DNA of 41,072 nt from a candidate division WOR-3 bacterium (GTDB taxonomy: Bacteria > Hydrothermota > Tepidihabitantia > Tepidihabitantales > CAIPLT01): positions 44,553 to 85,624 of the forward strand of contig CBFGJZ010000005.1 in assembly GCA_965649215.1 (NCBI GenBank). Direction: 5' to 3'. The notes under the pieces were generated by a model. The model had not been told where the DNA came from and ran no database searches. It worked only from the letters and a program-made list of their open reading frames with translations. Within the stretch, counting starts at the first letter, position 1, and every line of letters starts with the position of its first letter. The position numbers and the translations under genes are program-made. Of the stretch, positions 17,932-26,800 are shown piece after piece.

Positions 17932-18591
17932 ATGCAACGACAAATACCTTTATTATTATGTTTAATCTTTGGTGTTTTTATGATTATTCAATTCTTTGTA
18001 CCCCATCCGATTTCTAATACTGCTTATGAGATTGTGCTTCGTTGGGTAAGAATTATTGCTATTTTCGCTTTAGTATTAGGAGTGGGAAGTTTAATTATGC
18101 ATCACTCTGCAAAAATCAACCGTCGAACTAAAGGTTGGGGGTTTTCAGTCCTCACATTAGTGGCTGCTATTGTCACTGCTTTAGTAGGATTACTTGGTGT
18201 TAATGTTATTAATGGGAAACTCGTATTTTTTGCCGGTATCGGCAAAACATCACTTCTCCAAACATTCTTCCAGAACTTTTATGTACCTGTCAATTCTACC
18301 ATGTTTGCGATGCTTGCTTTTTATATGGCATCTGCCGCATATCGTGCTTTCCGAGCCCGCACTAAAGAAGCCACCTTACTTCTAATCGCGGCTTTTTTTG
18401 TGATGTTGGGAATGGTACCAATTGGCTCTGCCATTTCTCCGCGCCTACCTGAATTTGCGGAATGGATTTTATCAGTACCCAATCTTGCCGCTAAACGAGG
18501 TATTATGTTTGGCATTGCCTTAGGTTCAATTGCGACATCCCTAAAAATTATCTTAGGTATTGAACGAGGTTGGTTAGGAGGAGGAAAATAA
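17932..18591 (+). CDS. Multi-pass membrane protein of the DUF6754-associated cluster
   Basis: About 6 hydrophobic segments; ASAAYRAFRAR and KIILGIERGWLG motifs; AGGAG SD. Confidence 0.75.
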   Translation: MQRQIPLLLCLIFGVFMIIQFFVPHPISNTAYEIVLRWVRIIAIFALVLGVGSLIMHHSAKINRRTKGWGFSVLTLVAAIVTALVGLLGVNVINGKLVFFAGIGKTSLLQTFFQNFYVPVNSTMFAMLAFYMASAAYRAFRARTKEATLLLIAAFFVMLGMVPIGSAISPRLPEFAEWILSVPNLAAKRGIMFGIALGSIATSLKIILGIERGWLGGGK

Positions 18592-18593
18592 CT

Positions 18594-19451
18594 ATGAAAT
18601 TCTTTCAAGCTTTAGCAAAAATTGATCGTAAAATTATTTTCTTGATTTTAGCTATCGTCATTATCATTCCTTTGATTAAACCATTAGGAATTATCAGTCG
18701 TGCGTCATCAAGAGCCGAAGCCGTCTTTAAAGCAGTTGATGCTATTCCTGCCGGTAAACCCTTAATGATATCTATTGATTTTGACCCTGGTTCGCAAGCT
18801 GAACTCTTTCCCATGCTTAATTCTATTCTCAGACACGCTTTTGCGAAAGATATAAAAGTAATTGTTTTAGGATTATGGCTTACTGGTATGGGTTTGGGTG
18901 AAGAAGCACTCTCCACCGTTTCGAAAGAATATAATAAAGTCTATGGTCAAGATTATGTCTTTTTAGGTTGGCGCTCTGGAATCTTACCCGTTATTTTAGG
19001 TATGGGTGAAGATATTAAACGAACTTTTCCCACTGATTATTATGGCACTTCATTAGATTCTCTACCGATGATGGCTAACATCAAAAATTATCGTGATATT
19101 CCATTTTTCATTACTCTTTCTGCTGGTGATCCAGGTATGAATACTTGGATTTCCTATGCCCAAGCTCGATATGGTCTAAAAATGGCAGCCGGTACGACCG
19201 CGGTTTCTGCTGCTGATGCTTATCCTTATTTACAAACCGGCCAATTAACCGGTCTTTTAGGTGGTATGAAAGGTGCGTCAGAATACGAATTTTTAGTTAA
19301 AGAAAAAGGATATAGTCAGGCTCGCACCCCTGCTTCACAAGCCATGGATTCACAATCATTAGCTCATCTTTTGATTCTCATCTTAATCATTTTAGGTAAT
19401 ATTGGATATTTCTTTATTCAAAGAAGTAAAACAGCCAAGGAGGCAAAATGA
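18594..19451 (+). CDS. Membrane-anchored protein of the DUF6754-associated cluster
   Basis: N- and C-terminal TM helices around a soluble domain (YGQDYVFLGW, PYLQTGQLTGLLGGMKGASEYE); start ATG 18594 after GGAGGA. Confidence 0.75.
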   Translation: MKFFQALAKIDRKIIFLILAIVIIIPLIKPLGIISRASSRAEAVFKAVDAIPAGKPLMISIDFDPGSQAELFPMLNSILRHAFAKDIKVIVLGLWLTGMGLGEEALSTVSKEYNKVYGQDYVFLGWRSGILPVILGMGEDIKRTFPTDYYGTSLDSLPMMANIKNYRDIPFFITLSAGDPGMNTWISYAQARYGLKMAAGTTAVSAADAYPYLQTGQLTGLLGGMKGASEYEFLVKEKGYSQARTPASQAMDSQSLAHLLILILIILGNIGYFFIQRSKTAKEAK

Positions 19452-20077
19452 CTTTAGCACATAGTCTTTGGATTTGGATTGGTGCGTTTTTAACATTTTG
19501 CATCTTCTCCTTTTTATATAAAGATAACCCTTTTTACAAATTTGCCGAACATCTTTTCGTGGGTGTTTCAGTCGGATACTCCATTTCTATATCTTTTCAT
19601 AATGTATTGTATCCGGATTTAATTGTCCCGCTCTTTAAAGACGGTCAGCTTCTAAATATTGTGCCCTTGGTCTTTGGTTTGTGTTATTTTGCTCGATTCA
19701 TTCCAAAAGCATCTTGGCTGGTAAGATTGCCGATGGGATTAGTCCTTGGTTTTGGCGCAGGTGCCGCGATTCCTGCGGTCATTCAAGCCAGTATTATTAA
19801 GCAAATTCAAGGTGCAATCTTAACGCCCGAGATTTTTAGACGTTGGGATTTCTTCTTATGGGCAATTATTTCTTTGATCGGTGTTATTTGTACGGTAATC
19901 TACTTCTTTTTTTCCAAAGAGCGCAAAAAATCCACTGCACTGGCTGCTGAAATTGGTATTATCTTTCTAATGATTGGATTTGGTGCTTCTTTTGGTTATA
20001 CGGTCATGGCACGAATCTCGCTTTTAATTGGTCGTTTTCAATTCCTATTAAGAGATTGGCTTGGTATAATAAACTAA
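19448..20077 (+). CDS. Multi-pass membrane protein of the DUF6754-associated cluster
   Basis: SFLYKDNPFYKFAEHLFVG and FGASFGYTVMARISLLIGR motifs; ATGA coupling to previous gene. Confidence 0.75.
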   Translation: MTLAHSLWIWIGAFLTFCIFSFLYKDNPFYKFAEHLFVGVSVGYSISISFHNVLYPDLIVPLFKDGQLLNIVPLVFGLCYFARFIPKASWLVRLPMGLVLGFGAGAAIPAVIQASIIKQIQGAILTPEIFRRWDFFLWAIISLIGVICTVIYFFFSKERKKSTALAAEIGIIFLMIGFGASFGYTVMARISLLIGRFQFLLRDWLGIIN

Positions 20078-20108
20078 AATAGCAAAGATTAAAAATAAAT
20101 ACAGCTCA

Positions 20109-21692
20109 ATGAAATTTATAATATTACGAAAAGCTTATTTATTTTTAATGTTTGTTTTTCCTTTTTGGTTTTTAATATTTAATATTAGTATCGCTGCGCC
20201 CTTAGATAATATTCCTACTCAATCTTATATCTATGAAGCAGTTGATTATTTAAAAACCGCTGGTTATCTCAAAGCCATTCCTCCAACAAGTAAACCATCC
20301 ACACACCAAGACATAGCAAATCTCTTAACCGAACTAAATCTCAATAACAAGCAACTCAATAACCAAACCCAGTTTTACTTAAATCAACTCTGTTCTGAAT
20401 TCAATATTCCCTTATCAGTTAACTTGAAATCTCAACCGAAGCAGCGTCTCATATCTTTAAATTACGGTTATGGTAAAATGTATATTAATCCAACCTTTAC
20501 TTTTAACCATAATAATTTTTCTCATCATCTAAACCCGATTGGTAATTATGTCTATCTCAACAATCAAATCGGGACGATTGGCTTAAATTTCTATCTAGAC
20601 AGTTTATCGAAAATCAGTTTTTTTAATCGTACCGAAATTAACTTTGGTATCAATAAATTTCGTGATACCATTGATCCTGCTGGTCATCATCTCCCTTATT
20701 CTCGCGTAAAAGCTTATAAAGACTATCTGTGTTTTGAAACCAAACAAGCTTATCTCAGTTTTCCTTTTTATTTTTTGACTTTACAAATTGGACGTGATTA
20801 CTTATCATTGGGACCGACTTATCGTGGTTCAATATTATTATCCGATATTACTCCTGCGTTAGATCATATGCAACTTCGCTTGCAAAAAAATAATTACAAA
20901 GCCTTATGGTTTGTCGCTTCCCTCTCACCGTGGTATGATTTTCATCGGTTCTTATCAGGTCAACGATTAGAAATTGACATCTTGAAAAACTTGCGAATTG
21001 GCGCTTCGATGTTGGTTGTATATTCCTTTGACTCGCTTCAAACAAGGGGCTTTTTTGGTTATTTAAATCCCCTCATCCCAATCTATTTAGAAAAATCTAA
21101 TACCGGCGATGAAGACAATATTCTTTTTGGAATTGATTTTGTCACTTACTTAAAAAAATTAAAACTATATGGTCATCTTATGCTCGATAATTATGAATTT
21201 AATAGACGGCCTGATCAACCACCTCATTATCGACCGCCTAATTGCTATGCGCTTACAGTTGGCAATTATTTGCCATTTGCTAATTTTTCTTTACGAATTG
21301 AATACTCTAAAATTACCCGCTACACTTATTACCATCGTATCTATCATATTGCATATACTCATTATTCAGTGCCTTTAGGACATCCTTTAGGTCCTGATGC
21401 TGATGAAATGTGGCTCCGATTTGACTACTATCTGACAAATAATCTGCAAATAAGTCTTATCGGTACAAAAACTCGATGCGGCGATGGCAACCGTGGCGAT
21501 TTAGATAACCTAACTTGGGATGCAGACGAACAACCAATTCGTGAATTTCCCTCCGGTAACATTGAAACTACAATAACCTACGGTCCGACCTTTGATTATT
21601 ATTTACTGAATAATTTAATAATCAGAGGTGGAGTTTTTTATAACAACTTAAAAGAAATAAAAACTTTAATAAATTTCCAGTATCGATATTAA
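20109..21692 (+). CDS. Outer membrane beta-barrel protein, Wzi (capsule assembly)-like
   Basis: Signal peptide, IGRDYLSLGP...ILLSD, PLGHPLGPDAD, aromatic C-terminus INFQYRY. Confidence 0.65.
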   Translation: MKFIILRKAYLFLMFVFPFWFLIFNISIAAPLDNIPTQSYIYEAVDYLKTAGYLKAIPPTSKPSTHQDIANLLTELNLNNKQLNNQTQFYLNQLCSEFNIPLSVNLKSQPKQRLISLNYGYGKMYINPTFTFNHNNFSHHLNPIGNYVYLNNQIGTIGLNFYLDSLSKISFFNRTEINFGINKFRDTIDPAGHHLPYSRVKAYKDYLCFETKQAYLSFPFYFLTLQIGRDYLSLGPTYRGSILLSDITPALDHMQLRLQKNNYKALWFVASLSPWYDFHRFLSGQRLEIDILKNLRIGASMLVVYSFDSLQTRGFFGYLNPLIPIYLEKSNTGDEDNILFGIDFVTYLKKLKLYGHLMLDNYEFNRRPDQPPHYRPPNCYALTVGNYLPFANFSLRIEYSKITRYTYYHRIYHIAYTHYSVPLGHPLGPDADEMWLRFDYYLTNNLQISLIGTKTRCGDGNRGDLDNLTWDADEQPIREFPSGNIETTITYGPTFDYYLLNNLIIRGGVFYNNLKEIKTLINFQYRY

Positions 21693-21714
21693 ATATAAAT
21701 AGGAAAGGAAGATA

Positions 21715-22845
21715 ATGAAAATACATGAATATCAGGCAAAAGAAATCTTTAGAAAATATAATATTCCTACTACTCAAGAAAAAGTCGCTTTTTCTTTAGT
21801 AGATGCTAAAAAGATAATGCAAGAATTAACTTATCCGGTTGTAATCAAAGCCCAAGTCTTAGTTGGTGGTCGAGGCAAAGCTGGTGGTGTTAAATTAGTC
21901 AAAAATGAAGCAGAACTCCAAAGCGCAATCAATAGTATTCTTGGTATGAATATCAAAGGTTTCATTGTCAAAAAAGTCCTCATCGCCCAAGCAATTACCA
22001 TTGACCAAGAATATTATCTGGGCATCACCATTGATCGAGAAAAACAATGTCCTGTTTTAATTACTTCGGCATCAGGTGGTATGGATATTGAACAAGTTGC
22101 TCAAACTACCCCTGAAAAAATTCTTTCCGTAGCAATCTCACCTTTATTAGGACTTAAATCCTTTCAAGCCCGTAATCTCGGTTATCAACTTTTTAGCGAC
22201 CATTCGCAAGTCAATAACTTTGTTAATATCGCGATGGTACTATCTCGTATCTTCTTTGAATTAGATTGTTCTTTAGTAGAAATCAATCCCTTAGTTTTAT
22301 CTGACAACAAACTAATTGCCGTTGATGCCAAAATTATCTTTGATGATAATGCTTTATTTCGTCATCCCAATTTAACCCAACTACGAGATTTAGATAGCGA
22401 AGAACCTTCTGAAATCCAAGCCAAAAATGCTGATTTATCTTATGTCAAACTCTCTGGCAATGTTGGTTGTATTGTTAATGGTGCTGGATTAGCAATGGCG
22501 ACTATGGACTTAATTAAAAGATACGGTAGTGAACCAGCAAACTTTTTAGATATTGGTGGTTCATCATCACCCGAAAAGATGCGAGAGGCAATGAAAATTA
22601 TCACTCAAGATCAAAATGTTAAAGCAATTTTTGTCAATATCTTTGGCGGCATTACTCGATGTGATGATGTTGCTCAAGGTTTACTTTGGGCATTAAAAGA
22701 AGAAAATATTAACTTACCAATAGTGGCACGTTTGGTGGGCACAAATCAAGACCAAGCTCGTGCGATGTTAAGTAATTCAGTGGTCATTTTTGCCGAAACG
22801 ATGACCGAGGGCGTAAAAAAAATAATGAAAATTCTGAAAGGATAA
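21715..22845 (+). CDS. sucC: Succinate--CoA ligase beta subunit
   Basis: MKIHEYQAK, KAQVLVGGRGKAGGV, EINPL, VNGAGLAMATMD, NIFGGITRCD. Confidence 0.97.
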   Translation: MKIHEYQAKEIFRKYNIPTTQEKVAFSLVDAKKIMQELTYPVVIKAQVLVGGRGKAGGVKLVKNEAELQSAINSILGMNIKGFIVKKVLIAQAITIDQEYYLGITIDREKQCPVLITSASGGMDIEQVAQTTPEKILSVAISPLLGLKSFQARNLGYQLFSDHSQVNNFVNIAMVLSRIFFELDCSLVEINPLVLSDNKLIAVDAKIIFDDNALFRHPNLTQLRDLDSEEPSEIQAKNADLSYVKLSGNVGCIVNGAGLAMATMDLIKRYGSEPANFLDIGGSSSPEKMREAMKIITQDQNVKAIFVNIFGGITRCDDVAQGLLWALKEENINLPIVARLVGTNQDQARAMLSNSVVIFAETMTEGVKKIMKILKG

Positions 22846-22848
22846 ATT

Positions 22849-23721
22849 ATGGCAATCCTTATTAATGAAGATACCAAACTTATCATACAAGGCATTACTG
22901 GTCGCGACGGTTCTTTTCATGCTCAACAAATGCTTGAATACGGCACTAAAGTTGTCGGTGGCGTAACTCCGGGTAAAGGAGGCTCTGACGTGTCAGGCAT
23001 ACCGGTATTTAATACAGTAAGACAAGCAAAACAAGCAACTCAGGCTAATACTTCAATTATCTTTGTACCGGCTCAGTTTGCACCAGATGCAATCTATGAG
23101 GCAATTGATGCCGAATTGGATCTTATTGTCTGCGTTACCGAAGGTATTCCCACTTTAGAAATGTTGAAAATCGTTAATTATCTCAAAGATAAAAAGACGC
23201 GATTAGTTGGACCAAATTCAGCAGGAATTATTTCACCTGGTATCTGTAAAGTCGGTATCCTACCCGCAATGGCTTTTAGTAAAGGAAAGGTTGGTATTGT
23301 TTCTCGCTCCGGTACTTTAACTTATGAAATTGCAAATCATATTACCAAAGCTGGTTATGGCGAATCGACTGTGGTTGGCATCGGCGGCGACCCCATCATC
23401 GGGACTAATTTTATTGATTGTCTTGATATGTTTGAATCTGACCCACAAACTGAAGCGATCGTGATTATTGGTGAAATCGGTGGCACTGATGAAGAAAAAG
23501 CAGCTGACTATATTAGTAAAAAAGTAACTAAACCGGTACTTGGATTTATCGCTGGTCAAACCGCACCTCCTGACAAACGCATGGGACACGCCGGAGCAAT
23601 TATTGCGGGTGGAAAAGGTACTGCCCAAGACAAAATTCAAGCTTTTGAAAAAGTTGGCATTTCAATAATTTATGAACCTGAAGAGGTCAGTGAAATTCTT
23701 GCTAAATTTTTAAAGAAATAA
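22849..23721 (+). CDS. sucD: Succinate--CoA ligase alpha subunit
   Basis: [30 protein letters not shown] phospho-His motif. Confidence 0.97.
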   Translation: MAILINEDTKLIIQGITGRDGSFHAQQMLEYGTKVVGGVTPGKGGSDVSGIPVFNTVRQAKQATQANTSIIFVPAQFAPDAIYEAIDAELDLIVCVTEGIPTLEMLKIVNYLKDKKTRLVGPNSAGIISPGICKVGILPAMAFSKGKVGIVSRSGTLTYEIANHITKAGYGESTVVGIGGDPIIGTNFIDCLDMFESDPQTEAIVIIGEIGGTDEEKAADYISKKVTKPVLGFIAGQTAPPDKRMGHAGAIIAGGKGTAQDKIQAFEKVGISIIYEPEEVSEILAKFLKK

Positions 23722-23785
23722 AAAAAATAGTTATAATTCTTTTAATATCAATATATTATATGATTCAATGAGCTAAAATATTTCC

Positions 23786-23814
23786 TGGACAAACTAATTA
23801 TTAGTTTTTATATT
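23786..23814 (+). promoter_or_regulatory. Promoter with palindromic operator in spacer
   Basis: TGGACA-N17-TATATT; perfect inverted repeat AAACTAAT-T-ATTAGTTT at 23791-23807. Confidence 0.5.
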
Positions 23815-23844
23815 CAGTAATATAGAAAATAAAAGGAGGGATTT

Positions 23845-26800
23845 ATGGCAAGAAGAATATTATTATTTTCTATATTACTAACCTTATCAATACCTTTCAT
23901 CATCCATGCTCAGTATTTAGAATGGGTAAGAAGATATAATGGTCCAGTAAACCCATATTATAATAGTGATGAACCTGCTGCGATTACGGTTGATAATCAA
24001 GGTAATGTTTATGTTAGTGGTCTTACTTCTGTGCCTGGTCAATATTATGCCCAAGTAAATTATTTAACGATAAAATATAATTCAGCTGGAAACCAAGAAT
24101 GGGTGCAACGATATAATCGCCCGGATTCAACAGATTGTTATAACATTGCCACTGCCATTGCACTTGATACCGCAGGTAATATTTATGTCACGGGTCAAAG
24201 CCAAGGTAGTAATTATCATAATGATTTTGCCACGATTAAGTATTCTCCCTCCGGCATACAAAAATGGGTTGTAAGGTATAATGGTCCAATAAACTATGAA
24301 GATGAAGCGACTGCAATGACGGTTGATTTAGCCGGTAATGTCTATGTCACAGGTACAAGCGAGGAATTCGACAACGATTATGCGACAGTCAAGTATTATC
24401 AAGCCGGTGCCAATGATGTCGGTGTTGATTCAATCATTTATCCACCTGAGCAACATTTAAGGTTAATGCCAATGAAACCTTGTGCGTTAGTAAGAAATTT
24501 TGGTTCAAGTCCACAAACCAATTTCCCTGTTGTATGCTCAATTATCGGACCTAATAATAGTCTCAGATATACCAGCACCAAAATTATTTCTTATCTTGCT
24601 GATTATGATACAATCAGAGTATATTTTGATACGTGGACATCGACCATTATAGAAACTTGCGTAGTAAAAATGCGAACTAATCTTATTGGTGATTTAAATC
24701 CAAATAATGACCAAAAGACTCGAATAATTGAAATTACCAATGCTGTATTATTTTTATCCGAAGGATTTAACAATTATACCTTTCCACCACCGGGCTGGCA
24801 AAGTGTAATCATAAATGGCTCTCATGACTGGCAAAGAAAATCTAATAATGATTATCCGTTTTGTGTGCCTTACGAAAGTACAGGAATGGCAAGTTATCAA
24901 TCATGTTATGCGCCTTATGGCTCAAAAGCACGATTAATCTCACCACCGATAAATTTAGGTACGCAACCAAAGACCTGCATATTAAATTTTGCAATGTTTC
25001 ATGACCCAGGCTCTTATTGGGCTCCGGATAGTGTAAAAATCGAATATTCAACTGATGGGACAAATTTTACCCGAGTTGCTGCATTTACCCGCGCGATCCC
25101 AGAAGATAGTAGTTATTGGATTGAACATTCGGTTTATCTTGGCACATTATTAAGAACAATCTATATCGGTATTTTGGCTTATTCCGGCTATGGCAACAAT
25201 ATGAATATTGATTATATTCGGCTGTACAAAGAAATTCCATTGGCTAATGATGTCGGTGTTGACCGAATCATTTCACCCGGGACTTGTTATATTCCTAATA
25301 CTTTAATGCCGATTACAGTTTGGGTAAAAAACTATGGTAGTAATACCCAAACTAATTTTCCAGTTACCTGTTCAGTAATTGGTTCAGCAAAAGCAGTTCG
25401 CTACACCAATACCGTTTATGTTACAACAACCTTAGCATCTAATGATTCTATTCAAGTTAATGTCGGTTCTTATACGCCGACTATGTCCGAAATGTGTTCG
25501 CTGATTGTCCACACCAATCTCACGAACGACCAATATCCTGCTAATAACCGAATAACCCAACTAACCAATATCGGCAATTATTTCTTATTATTATCCGAAG
25601 GATTTAATAAAATAACATTTCCACCTACGGGTTGGCAGAGTGTAATTGTTGAGAGCGAATTCGATTATAACTGGGAACGAAAAAGATATAATGAAAATCC
25701 AGAATGTTATCCGTATGAAGGTTCAGGGATGGCAAGTTATCCCAGTTATGATGCTTCTGAAGGCGATAATGCGCGGTTAATCTCACCGGGATTTAATTTT
25801 GGCACAGTTCCGATTGCCTGTTCATTAAAATTTAACATGTATCACGATAATGATTATGATGATTGTTATGATTTTGTCCGAGTAGAATATTCAACTGATG
25901 GGGTCAACTTTATTCCGGTTGATTCCTTCTTCCGTTATCAGCCAGGACAGCCCACCTGGGCAGAACATTCAATTGCACTCGGGTCTTTTACGGGCACATT
26001 TTGGCTTGGCATAGTTGGCTATTCTGGTTATGGTAATAATATCAATATTGATAATATCCGACTAACTGGTCAAGCAATCACCAATGATATTGGTATTGAT
26101 GCGATAATCTATCCTTCAACACAACATACAGTAAATACGCCGATGATTCCTACTGCTCGTGTCAAAAACTACGGAAGTTTCAATCAAAATAATTTCCAAG
26201 TCATCTGCTCAATCATTGGTACCGGCACTGAGAAAATATCATCCAATTCCCTCAATGATACAAAAACCGAAATCGACAATATTACTGATATTATTCGCTA
26301 TGTCGATACCTTACGAATTGCTTCACTCGCACCTAATGAAACTACTCGGGTCAGTTTTCGCTCTTGGACACCGACAATACCAGAACAATGCACAGTAAAA
26401 ATCAAAACCAATCTGGTTGGTGACCAAAATCCTGTCAATGATCAGAAGTCAATTATCACCGAAATAATACCTGCAACCACAATCATCTCACCCAATGGTG
26501 GCGAAATCTGGGCTGGTGGAACTATAAAGACAATCCGTTGGCGAGCACCACAAATTTATACTCGCTATGTGTTATTACTTTCTACAAATAGCGGTGCGAC
26601 TTATACTGATACCATTGCCAATAATCTTTTACCAACTGATTCGACCTATGACTGGCAAGTACCAATGCTTAACTTAAGAACTTGTCGAATAAAACTTGCG
26701 ATATTTGACAACTTAGGCAATCTGGTCGCCCAAGATGCCAGTGATGCTGATTTTACAATTGATTCACAAGCACCATCAATTCCGATCTTAATTGCGCCAG

